Assembly: GCA_963714425.1 (NCBI GenBank)
Contig: CAVQOI010000006.1
Coordinates: forward strand, 99,629-163,628
Source: an uncultured Chloroflexia bacterium
Lineage (GTDB): Bacteria > Chloroflexota > Anaerolineae > Anaerolineales > UBA4823
Direction: 5' to 3'
Length of the DNA stretch: 64,000 nt
The position numbers were made by a program, and so were the translations under genes. Position 1 is the stretch's first letter. Every line of letters starts with the position of its first letter. Shown here in pieces: positions 29,072-40,300 of the stretch. The notes below the pieces were generated by a model, which saw only the letters and a program-made list of their open reading frames with translations, was not told where the DNA came from and ran no database searches.

Positions 29072-29359
29072 TTACAAACCTCCACCTACAGGTGGGAAAA
29101 TCGAGATTAGATCGTCTGGCGCCAGGATGGTATCTAACGTATCATCCAGGAAGGTGCTGTCGCGCCCATTAACAAAGAAATGAATGTGCTTGTAAAGATT
29201 GCCATCTGGATCAAGCATCTCGGCACGCAGGGCGGGATATCGTTTGATGATTTCATCAATTAGCTGGCGCAATGTGCAGCCATGCAGGATCGAAAAATTC
29301 GCCTGACGGCTGCCTACGATCTGGCGCAGGGTTGCGTAAAAGTTAACGATCATCTTCAA
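29072..29359 (-). CDS. MoaD/ThiS-family ubiquitin-like small protein
   Basis: 95 aa. The beta-grasp-like sequence ends ...ISIFPPVGGGL. Confidence 0.7.
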   Translation of the reverse strand: MKMIVNFYATLRQIVGSRQANFSILHGCTLRQLIDEIIKRYPALRAEMLDPDGNLYKHIHFFVNGRDSTFLDDTLDTILAPDDLISIFPPVGGGL

Positions 29360-29506
29360 GAATTTCCTGCTTGATACTCGGCAATTGAGATCTGTTGTGG
29401 ATAAAATTACATTTTGTCTGCATATGATCTCATATTACAACAGGATGATTTCATCAGTCAAGGGCTGAACTCCGACAAATCTATTACTCTTGGCTACGGA
29501 TCTTGC

Positions 29507-30074
29507 CTAAGCCCCCTCGTATGCGCTTCGCAGCCAACCCACCAGCTCTGCATCCACCCCATCCAGCGACTCCAGCCGCACGCGATGGCTGACCATGGAG
29601 TTGAAACTTCCCGACGTTTCCAACCTCCCACTTGGTGGGGTATCCTTGAGGTTAATGCCCACATCGAAGCGCGTTTTGGTACTGGGCTGCAAGATGGCGA
29701 ACTGCTTGCTGCGCCGCACGCTGACATAGCTCTTTTTGGGCGCCAGCTCCACGTCTTCCCCAAAAGCCTGCACCGCCTCGATGATCGCCTCGTAGATCGG
29801 GCGCAAGAGGGCTTTCTCCCCAGCGTATTGCGCTCTCAACCAGATCATCGCCCGTGCCGGAGGACATCACCCCCGAATCGCGGCTGGTCAGGGCGATCAG
29901 GTTGGCGTAGCCGTAGGTCAGTCCGTGCTGATCTTTCAAGAAGTTGATGATTTCACGGTGTTTCTTTGGACCGCTGGTGCGCACCAGCCTCACCCATTCT
30001 TCCAGGGATTTCCCGGTATTTTGCTGTAGATTCTTGATCATGGTGGCGCCAGCCGCGTCGATCTTGTCGGACAT
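29507..30074 (-). pseudogene. DUF4287 + DUF5655 protein, frame broken once
   Basis: ORF 29652..30074 is DUF4287-like (IKNLQQNTGKSLEEWVRLVRTSGPKKHREIINFLKDQHGLTYGYANLIA). ORF 29507..29848 is DUF5655-like (AQYAGEKALLRPIYEAI...KKSYVSVRR...). These are normally one polypeptide. The junction is near 29828-29840. Confidence 0.6.
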
Positions 30075-30236
30075 ATAAATTTCCTCCTGAGGTTAGCTAA
30101 TATGTTCTAAGTATACCAGAATTGTCCGAGTTGACCAGGGAGTATGGGGCAGATCAAATCACACCGTGTCGAAAGATCATCACTGGTCGAGATAAACTGT
30201 TTCTTAATGATACGGTCGCTCTCCATGCGAGTTAGC

Positions 30237-30258
30237 AAAACCGCCCTGCGGCGGTTTT
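30237..30258 (-). terminator. hairpin with flanking A/T runs downstream of the giant-protein operon
   Basis: AAAACCGCC-ctgc-GGCGGTTTT. On the minus strand the stem is followed by TTTTGCT. Confidence 0.45.
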
Positions 30259-30421
30259 TGAAATGTGCTTAAAAAAACTCAAACCTCAACCGATACCTGG
30301 CTGATAAGGGTTGCAGCCCCGGTGGTACGCCTCACTTGTAAAATCCACCCTGATGCCCCCACTTGATGAGGGGAGTAACTTAGATCCTACGCACCTTTGA
30401 TTTGGAGATCTTTCTGGCGTC

Positions 30422-31130
30422 CTATATATTGGATTGCCTGCGCCGCCTCCGGAACAGGGCCAGAGCAGCGCCGGTCAAGACCAAGCCGCCGGCGAAAAGT
30501 GCCTCCATCCGCACCCAGACCGGGCTGCTGCCAGCCTGGAAGGACACTAGCTCGAGGGCGGTTGGGGTCCAGGCGTAATATTCGATAAAACCCATCCACC
30601 GCGAACAGGCCAGAGGAATCGTAAAGAAAACTGTCGTCGTATTCCACGGTTGCGGTGTAGACCTTGTTCTCGGAAGCATCCCACACCCGCCAGCACATTC
30701 GTTCCCCACCTAACATACCATCAACGACACCCCCTGTAGCCGTATTATCCCCCCATACAGGGAATGCATCATCCACCCCCTGCCCCTGCCAAACAATCAC
30801 CCCGGCGCACAAGCTTTGAGCCAGGGTGGCGCACGTCCCCCCCACGGGCCGGAAGATGGCGAACTCGTCTCCAGCTACCGGCGTAAAATAGCCAACCGTA
30901 TGTATCTTCGGAGCGCCTCCAGGGACGAACATAGTGGCATTCCCACCCGTGTTGGTCACACAGTTATCGAAGTGTACCGGATTTGGTCCCTGGGCAACCG
31001 ATTTGCTAATGCTGATGAATGCAAATAGCGCGGCTGCTGCCAGGCTGACTGGTAAAATCAACCCCCAAATACGCCTCCAATGAAGTAGACAACGAGCAGT
31101 TGACTGTTGGTTTGACATAGCATCCTCCAA
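30422..31130 (-). pseudogene. secreted protein (paralogue of 31326..32192 N-domain) whose C-terminal TM + poly-Arg anchor is in a second frame
   Basis: The signal peptide and conserved domain are in frame 30387..31130. ORF 30422..30709 ends ...SSPVWVRMEALFAGGLVLTGAALALFRRRRRQSNI. The frame switch lies somewhere in 30500-30590. Confidence 0.5.
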
Positions 31131-31325
31131 ATTTGAATTTTCTTAACGGTATATTGTTCAATAAATCCGTGTTCGTTGCGAAGGGGGGCTCACAGGCGAC
31201 ACTGTGAACCCCCTCTCCCGTAGTCCAAAAATTCATTATTTTGTGATCTGGCGCTATAACCTCCGGGCCTAAGCCTCCTCAGGCAGCGTAGAAGAAGACT
31301 ATTCCATCGCCATCAGCGCTACCGA

Positions 31326-32192
31326 TCAATTCGCCGGGTAGGTGAGCGTGCCTGGGGCTGTCAGGTAGAGCTGGTAGCCCTGGCCGGGCAGCATGTTGTG
31401 GATCTGGTCGATGCCTAGGATTGGCGAGTAGATTCGCCCGGAGCCATTCTTCGCCAGGAAGAGCGAGCTGCCCAGGCTCGACAGTGCGGTTTCGATATCC
31501 AAGGGGCTATCCCGCAGGTAGCTGACCATCCTCCAGCCGGCTGCCAGGTCGATGGGCGTGCTTTCGGGAACAACCTGCGTGCCGCTGATGGTCAGCGTAT
31601 GTGGGGCAGTCATGTAGACTTTGTAGCCTTCCAGCACGTTCCAATTCCCAATCTGGTTGATACCGAGTGTGGGCATATACACACGCCCGAGCCCGTTTTT
31701 CACGATGACCACATCCGAGACGATCTGGCTGAAGACGTCTACCATGTTCGGGGTAGCAGGGTCGATGTAGCTGGAGATCAGATTCCAGCCCTGATTCAGC
31801 GTGATCTCCTGGACATCCGGCAGGTTGAGGTCCAATACGCCCACCACATGCCAGGAATCTGCGGCGTAGAGACCGTCGCCCACCGTGTATGTGGCGGTGA
31901 CATTGGGGTATTCCACGCCCTCCGAATAATCCCAGATGCGGTAGCGCATCTCCTCGCCGGCCTCCAGCCCGTCCACTTCAGGAGTGATTGAATTATCTCC
32001 CCAGGCAGCAATTGCGAGGATGCTCCCATCCCAAATTCCTACACCGGCGCACAGGTTGTTGCCGGAGTTGTAGATGGCGATCTCATCCCCGGCTTCCAGC
32101 GCCAACCCGTCGATGATGGTCACATCGATGGGAATGAACACTGTTGCGTCGTTCCCGGTATTCTCCGCGCAGCCCACGAAATACTGCTCCAC
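31326..32192 (-). CDS. hypothetical protein: N-terminal conserved domain shared with 30422..31130, plus two ~75-aa C-terminal repeats
   Basis: GTG start is preceded by GGAG-N7. The shared pattern is C-x-x-NTG-x-(N/D)AT-x-F-x-P...AGDE-x-AI...CAG...W-x-G...WGDN...VDG...GE-x-M...R-x-WD. The repeats are GWNLISS...IVKNGLGRVYMPTLGINQIGNW...GYKVYM and GWRMVSY...LAKNGSGRIYSPILGIDQIHNM...GYQLYL. Confidence 0.6.
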   Translation of the reverse strand: MEQYFVGCAENTGNDATVFIPIDVTIIDGLALEAGDEIAIYNSGNNLCAGVGIWDGSILAIAAWGDNSITPEVDGLEAGEEMRYRIWDYSEGVEYPNVTATYTVGDGLYAADSWHVVGVLDLNLPDVQEITLNQGWNLISSYIDPATPNMVDVFSQIVSDVVIVKNGLGRVYMPTLGINQIGNWNVLEGYKVYMTAPHTLTISGTQVVPESTPIDLAAGWRMVSYLRDSPLDIETALSSLGSSLFLAKNGSGRIYSPILGIDQIHNMLPGQGYQLYLTAPGTLTYPAN

Positions 32193-32214
32193 GCTGCCAC
32201 TCCACTGGCTGATT

Positions 32215-35200
32215 TTATTTTCGTGGCGGCGAGTTCTCCCAGGGATTGCTGGTGCCGATCTGGGCCGTGTTGCTCAGCGCTGTGCCAGCCGGGGCGTCCA
32301 CCTGCACGTACACGTCGAAGAAGCTGTCTGCCCCATTGGGGAGCGTGCCCAGATCCCAAACCAGCGGGTCGTTGCTCACCAGTGGGAAGGGCGAGGTACC
32401 GCCCAGGTAAGTCATCCCTGCCGAGAGGGTATCGGTGATGAGAACATTCTCGGCAGGACCATTGCCCTGGTTGGCGTAATGGATGTGGAAGGTATATTGA
32501 CCACCAGAGCTGGGTTGACCGTCAGCCCACTTATTGATATATAAGTGAGGTCTTCCAATCGAGAAAACGTTGATGATCTGGTGTTCCACAGGTTCGAAGT
32601 AGCTCACCGCTACATTCATATCCGGCTGCAGGTCATAGACACCTGCCCAACTGCAGTTGTAGCTACCCCCAGCCGGATCCACGCTGCCTTCGATTTGCTC
32701 GGGAGCATCCTCTGTCCAGACCTGGCAGGTCATGCGCAGCGTCTCAACGAAGGGCGCCGTGATGGTGCCGCTGACGCTGTCTGTATCCAGGTCCAGGTCT
32801 CCGGTGATCTCACCGATGTGCACTTCCGCAGTCCTGCCGTCATCGCTGCGCGCCTGGATCCAATCGCCCTCGGCTATGTCCGGTTGGTTAGGCGACCAGA
32901 GATGTCCCTGGCTCTCGAAGCCATCGGAACCCCAGGCCCCGCCCGCGTAGGTTATCTCTTCGTAGGTGGCTTTCTCAACATCCAGGCTGTCTGTCACCGT
33001 GATCCACACCGTATGCCCGGCGGGGTAGATGGCTTGCAGCCAGTCGTGTCCATAGTTGACTCGCAGCAGCAGGTCCTCCGCCTGGAAGCGGTGATGGAAA
33101 TAAACATGGGCGTAGTCGATGGTGGTGTCGTAGCGCACCTCGCCGTTGCCCCCCGGCGGGATATCCGCAAAGGTCGCCGCGAAATTACCATTTTCGTCGG
33201 TTTGAACGTTCATCCCACCGTAGCCATCCAGATGGACATTCACGACTTCTGGTCCAGGCTGGTCGATCTGACCCCAAACCGTATCCGTGCTCGAATCAGC
33301 CTGGACGCTGAAGGGGTCGGGCGCGGTGATCACCACCGGCAGCAAGCCAGCTCCAGCCGTTACGGTTATGGTCTCTCCAGGGGTGACCCATGGAATGTCG
33401 CCGATGTTCCAGCAACCGCCGCAGCCAGGATCGGCCCAGGCGGTGAACTGCTCAGCGCCTTTGGTCACCGTCACGGTAACTCCGGGCATGGCCTCGCCCC
33501 ACATGCCGTAGCTGCCCTGGCTTACCCACAGCTCGACACGCTCCACCTCCCCCAGGACTGTCTCGGTGGTGGCGATATTGTCCTCCGGGTTGGATTCGTC
33601 GGGGTGCAGGCTGATCTCGGCGGTGTTGGTGTACCAGCGTGGACGGGCGATGGGATCATCCAGGTTGGCGTTGAATTGCAGCCAGCCGCTATCACCCGGG
33701 TACATCTCGGAGAACTGCCAGCGCAGTTGCCCGGGGGTGAGCTCGGAGGTCACCAGGCGATTCCAATCGAAGCCCATATTCCACCAGCCATCCCACTGGG
33801 TATTTTCGGGCAGCGTATCCGTGATCCAGACGCCCGCGACGGTCTGGTCGCCAATATTGGCGAAATCGATCTGGTAGCCCAGCTGGGAGTCGCCATTCCA
33901 CCAATAGCGCTTGCTCAAGCGCAGGTTGGGGCCATGGTCGAAGAGCGTCTCCGTCCAGGTGCTGGTGTTGTCATCATAGGTGTCCTCGCCTGGTAAGTGG
34001 CTGATCTCAACCGTGTTGACCAGGAGAGTCCCCGGTGCGGCGTCTTCGTCGGCGCGCACCGAAACCTCGTAGTGACCGACCTCACCATTTTCAATGCTAC
34101 CCACCACCCACACCACCTGGTTGCCGTTTATCGATAAGGGGGTCACATCTTCAATAAAGCTCCAGTGGCGGTCGAAGCGCTGGATGTAATTGAGGGTAGT
34201 GCTGACAGGCAGGGTATCGGTAATCAATACGCCATCGACTGGCACATTGCCATTGTTTTGATATTGCATGTGGTAGCGGAACGTTCCGCCCGGCACCAGC
34301 GAGCCGCCTCCCCACCATTTGTTAACGTTTATGTTGGTGTGCGGGTTATTGATGTTCACCCAGTTGGAAGCCTGGTTGTCATTGCTTTCGAGGTCGTTGG
34401 CAGCCCACACCTCTGCAATGTTTTCGATATTCGTACCGACAGGCGCATCGACGTCCACCAGGAAGCGCAGGTACACCTGGCTGCACCAGCCTTGCGGGAG
34501 CGATGGGCGCATCACCACCAGCTCGGAAGCATCACTGGATACTTCCGTCCAGCCAGCGTGCTGCCCCCACCAGTTGAGCAGGGCCATGTGCGCCGGAAGA
34601 GTGTCGGTCAGGACCAGGGCGCTGCTGCCCGTGCTGCCATTGTTGCAGGTATTAACCTCCCAGACGAATTGACCTCCCGGTGTCGGGTCGCCTGTCCAGG
34701 CGCCCTTGCCCAGGTTGACGTGGGTATCGTTGTCCAGGACCTGCCCGCTCCAGGAGCGCTCGTTATCATCAGGATTACCCCCATCGGGTGTCCCGGCAAT
34801 CCGGGCTGTACTGGTGATGGTCTCCAAGGCCGGCGCGGTGACCTGGGCGAAGACGTCGAACTGGAGCCAATTCCCAGGGGGGAGGGTGCCCAGCTGGAAG
34901 ACCACATACGGGTCTCCGCTGGGGTTTATTCCGGTGACGATAGGCATGCCAGACGTGTCATCGAGATATTGCATGCCCTCCAGGGTCTGGGTGATGACCA
35001 CGTTGTTGGCATCCAGCTCCCCCTGGTTGATGTACTGTACCTGCAGCTGCAGGTTGCCCCCCTCGCCAGCATTGCCATGAGAAGACACCTGTACCCCGAT
35101 GTCGGGCGAGGGCGCGTGGAAAGCGTTGAAGACCGAATCGCCATCCGGCTCGTAGTACTCCACGCCGATATCCTGCCCGGCGAGCACGTCCCATTCGCTC

Positions 35201-37317
35201 AGCGGGTCCCAGGCACAGGTGTACACATCTACACCGTCCGGCTGGACGTAGTCCTGCTTCTGGGGAGCTTCGCCATTCGGCGAGCCCCAGGTGTGGCAGC
35301 GTAGCTCCACCGGCTGGGAGATCCACTCCGCCAGGACTGTTCCTTCGATGCGGTCGTTATCGGGGTCTACCGATCCCGTGATGCTGCCGATGTGGATGGT
35401 GCTGGTGTAGCCATTGTCCACCAGCCCGTACACCCAGTCGCCTTCCTGAATATCCGGATGGCTCGGTACCCAGTCATCGCCTTGAGGCTCGAAGCCGGGT
35501 TGTCCTCCCCACCAGGGGATGTTATAGGTCTCCACCTGGGCATGCGCTTTTTCGGTGACCCCATCGCTTTCGGTTACGGTGATCCACACCGTGTGCCCGA
35601 GTTCGTAGCGCCCCTGGACCCAATCATGGGCGACGTTGGTTGACATGAGTAGGTCGGGTGACTGGTATCTACGGTGGAACACAGCCGTCGCCAGGTCCAT
35701 GGTGGTCTCGTAGCGCACGTGTCCCTGCCCGCCGCGCGGGATATCATTGAATGTGACCGTGTAATACCCTGAGGCATCCACCTGGGCGTCCTTGCCCGAG
35801 TAGCCATTCAGCTCGACGCGCAGCCATGAGCCGGGGTCCACACCCAGCTGGCCTGTTACCTGGTCGGTCTGCGAATTGCTGGCAACATCGAAGGGATCGG
35901 GCACGTGGATCTCCACGGGCATCAGCCCGGCGCCAGCCGTGACGGTAAACGTGTATCCGGGCCAAACCGGGCCGATGTCGGGCATGCTCCAGCAGCCGCC
36001 GCAGCTCGGGTCTGCGTAAGCGGTGTAGGTCTCGCCTTGGTTCAGCACGCTGACGGTGCTATCGGGTTGTGCGCTGCCCCATGCATCGGAATGATCGGTG
36101 CCCACCCACATCTCAAACTGGTCCACCTCGCCGCCGCTGAAAGCCACGTCGGTGTAGGTGTTGTCCGCGGGGTTGGTCTCGCCTTCAGGGGCGCTGATCT
36201 CGACCGTGTTGGTGTACCACACCATGCGCTGACCAGGAGTGTCAAGCGGGGCATCGAATCGGATGCGCGTCCCCCAACCCGGTTCCATCCGGTTGAGCTG
36301 CCAGGATAGTGTGTGGTTTCCCGGATCCTCCACAATCAAGTCGATCCACTCCCAATAGTCGTGCCCCCAGCCGGCAAAGGTGGTGGAGAGCGGGTAGGTA
36401 TCGGTGACGATCGGGGAGTAGACGCCCTCGTCGCCCACATTGCTCAAGTCGATCTCGTAGTGCAGCCAGCCGTCGCCGTACCACTCGTGATATTTGCTTA
36501 CGCGCAGGTTTGGGCCGTGTTCGTACACCTGCTGCTCGTCGCAGGCGGTGTTGTTATAGGGCGTATCCTCTTCGGCATCAGGCGCGATAGTGGCGCAGTT
36601 GAGCAGCGCCGTGCCCGGCGCGGTCGATTCCAGAATGAGCAGGCGGTAGGTCAGGCCAAAGCCCCAGCTCACGCCAATCTCGCCCACGTCCCAAACGATA
36701 ACGTCATCCATCACCAGGACGGGGTCAATCGGCTGCCCGTTATAGTCGTAAGCGCTGCCCTCCACGTAAGCCGTTCCGGCGGGCAGCGTGTCGGTCAGGC
36801 GCCCGCTGACGAGGATGTTGCCGCTGTTCCAGTAATCCAGCTTGTAGCCGTACTCGTTTCCGGGCGTCAAAACGCCGTTATTGAAGTACTTGCCCAGGTT
36901 CAGGTCGGCGCGTGGGTTGCTGATGCGCGCCTCTTCATTCATACGCACGTTGTTATCCGGGTTAATATCTCCGGCGGTGCTGACCTCCACCCGGTTGGAA
37001 AGGGTCGTATTGAGCGGCAGGGCTGGGTCGGCAAGCAGGCGCAAGTTGAGATTGGTGCAGTTCTGGCCGGGCATGGAAGGGAAGTACAGCTGCAATACCC
37101 CATCATTCACGGTCTGTTCGCTCCAGAACACCTCCCCCCACCAGTTGCGCGGCTCGAGGCTGACGAAGGTGGTCGAGACCGGCAGGGTATCCGTCAGCCA
37201 GACCGGTCCGGCGGCGGCGAAGCGGTCATTGCAGTATTGCACGTCGTAGACGAACTCTTGCCCGGCGACCACATCCCCGGGGTTGGGCCATTTGTCCACG
37301 CGGATATCGATGTCATC
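32215..37317 (-). repeat. internal colinear super-repeat within the giant gene (unit A ~34342-37317, unit B ~32215-34341)
   Basis: The same domain order occurs twice at protein level: DUF11 - DUF11 - about 330-aa CGGCW module - DUF11. The CGGCW codons at 35989-36003 and 33409-33423 are exactly 2580 nt apart. The copies are divergent, so the duplication is old. Confidence 0.6.
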
Positions 37318-40300
37318 CACCTGCACATTGGCGGTGCCCGAGCAAGCCGAATCGTTGCCGGGGTCGCTATCTCCGGATGTGCTGGTGGTAATGCTCCCGC
37401 ACAGCGGCGCCAGCGCCCCATCGCCTGTGGGGTGCGCCGGGTCCAAAAGCACGGTCACAAAAACATTGCGCTGCTCGTAAGGCGCCAGCGTGCCCAGGCT
37501 CCAGGTGACCACGCCGCCCGCTCCGATCTCGGGCGTGACCCCAAAGGTGTCGCCCGCCAGGGTTGTGCTGGGCGGCAGAGTCACCACCACCTGCACGTCC
37601 TGGGCAGCCAGCTCGCCGTCGTTGCTGAAATTGACGCCGAAAGCGTAAGGCCCGCCGGGCTGGGCGCCGCCGTTGGTGTTATAAACAGAGAGGTACAGCT
37701 CTGGCCTGGGCAGGTTGATATTGCGTTCGATCTCGTGCCCGTGCCCTGCCAGGTAATAAACCGAGATACTATCACCGTTGTTCACATCCCAGCCAATCGA
37801 GCCGAAATCCAGCGTGTATGTGCCGCTGGTGCTGACTTGCACGTCCTTCAGCTCGGTCCAATTCCCCACCGAATCCCCAATCCAGCCGCGTAGCAGCGCA
37901 TCCGCCGGCGCAAGTCCGGTCACCAAGTCAGTAGCGATATCCGCCTGGGCGGTGAGCTCCACGATCAACAGCGTATCCTGCAAGCCGCTGCCGAAATCCA
38001 TGGCGATCAAATCACCGGGAGTGAGGCTGTAGTCGGGGAATTCCAGTGCATAGCTGGTCGCTCCCCACCACCCGCTCCCAGCCTCGGTTGTCCCGCTGGC
38101 AACCACCTCGTCCAGCGAGTTGGTAATGGTGATATAGATAGTATTGCCCGGGATGGCGTTGCCGCCGAATATTGTGCTGCTGCCATCCGGGTTGTAGCGA
38201 GCGGTCAGGTTTGGGTAGGCGAAATAAGCCTGGGCGCGGTTGCCGTCCAGTGCCTGGTAGCTGACAGCTGCCCCCGTTCCAAAGTCCATATCCATCCCGT
38301 ACGCGCTGGCGTCCACCGCGTACACCTGCTCGCCGCCGGACGGGTAAGTGGGCGCCCAGGCGCCAAAGCTGCTTGCGGGATCCCAGCCATCCACGTACAA
38401 CAATCCCTGTGAGCCTTTCCCTGTGATAAGGTCGGTAGCGCGGTCGATTGTGGTTGTCAGGTCTGGCACCTGCAGCCAGCCGCCCCAGTCCGAGCCGTTG
38501 GTCACACTCATCCAATCGCCCGCAGCGATCTCGCCGTCGAATTTCAGCCAGTACCACTCCGCGCTTCCATCGTTGTCGGTGGACACCTGGCGTTTGATAG
38601 TCGTCTGGTCGCTCTCATAGAGCGTGGCAGTGATGACCTCATCTGGATCGTACTGTGGGCTGCTCACCCCCCACGGCATGACGACATTGAAGTAACGCAC
38701 TTCGAAATCCTTGCGCGTGGCAAAGTTATTGGCGTCGTAGTGAAGCACGCGCCCGCTGGTCCCGGCGCGCACATCCTGCCCGGGCATTGCGATGCTGAAG
38801 CTGGGGGTGGCTGGGGCAGTCCCCGATGCCATTCTGTAAACCGGATAAGTCCAGGCGGGCCAGGGGAAGGAGACGATTGTCACCTCGCCTGGCAGGTCTG
38901 CGTTGCCCAGGTAGCCGTCGTTGGTAGTATCGGCGGTCAGCGTCAGGTCAGCCACCACCATCGACCCACTCCATGTGGCTGTCTCTAAGGTGATGATATC
39001 CCCCGCCACGATATCCACTCCCAGGGCGCCGAAATCAACCCAGCCAGTGCCGTTCGTGGCATCCGTCTGCCCGCTGATCGTGTAATCCATGCCTCCCTGG
39101 TTAAGGGTGTAGGTGAAGGGCTGCAGCGGCGTATCAGCACTGCCAGCCACAGCATTCCAATCCGTGTGAGCTGTGATGCGCGGGGGGAATACCGACAGCA
39201 TCACCTCTGAGCCATCGACCGCCGCGTACGCCGGGTAAATATTATCCTGCGCTGTCAGATCATAGGCAGGAAAAGTGGCGGTGTAGTTGCCGCCGGCATC
39301 TGTCGTGGTCTGCGTTTCCGTATATGTACCCAACATCCAGTTGTACAGGAACACGCGCACCGGCTGCAAGGCAGGCGCTTGTCCGGTGATCACATTGGCG
39401 GAGAGATTAACACTTGCAGTTAATAGGCTGGTATCTAGGGTTTGCAGGTTGCCCCCACCCAGGTCTACCTCGATGGTGTCCCCCGGCACGACTTCCAGCT
39501 CGGCGCCGTAATCGCCATGCGGCCAGTAGCCGTAGACAGTCTGCGAGCCGCGCACCGTGCTGGTGCCAGCCACATACACCGTGACCGTCACCGGCTGGTA
39601 AGGCTCCGCGTAGCCAAAAATCCAGTTGAAGGTATCGACGTTAAATTCATCCCCGGGGTATGCGTAGTGATAGACGTGCCCTCCTCCCACAATGGTGTCT
39701 ATACGGGCAAAATTATGCGGTCCTACGTCCTCGCTGAAGCTGGCGGTAAAGTCACCCAGACCGTCGGTGGTGGCAGTTGCCCGGGGCGTTTCGGAATTGG
39801 GTTCCCATGCCCAAATGCCCAGGCTGGCAGTTACCTCGCTGTCGGCTGACACGCCTCCCAGGTTGCCCACCACCTGCTCGGTCGTTGTCTGCAGTTCACC
39901 AGAGAAGGTGGGAAGAATGATAGATTGCAGGAAAGTCCCGTTTATATAAACATCAATGCTTTCACCGCCGACCAGGTCTACCTGGCGACCGTCCGTGCCC
40001 CACAAGGGGGTAAAGTAGAATCCCACCCCATCCGCGTAGGTAGCCCCAAAGGCGCTTCCGCCAAATGCAGTGGCGGTCACAAGGTCGCCAGCACTCACGT
40101 AGCCAAATAGGACGTCATAGGCCATATCCACGTTCACACCGGCTGGAGGCGGCTCGTGCGCCTGGGGTGAGAGCAGTCTGGGAAATGCAGCCTTACCTGC
40201 CCCCTGCAGGCTGGCGACAGGAGATAGCGCTGTAAAGTCTGCGGCAGCCAGCTCGTTGAGGCGCTCTGCCGGGCTCCCAACGCTCTGTAGGGTGTTTGCT

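Noticed and set aside
32545-37893. Very long plus-strand ORFs (483, 379 and 526 aa, plus many of ~100 aa) opposite the giant gene
   Set aside because: They lie entirely antisense to a well-supported 2.8k-aa CDS. Their translations are Arg/Gly/His/Val-rich low-complexity sequence without recognisable motifs. Long shadow ORFs are expected opposite GC-rich repetitive genes.
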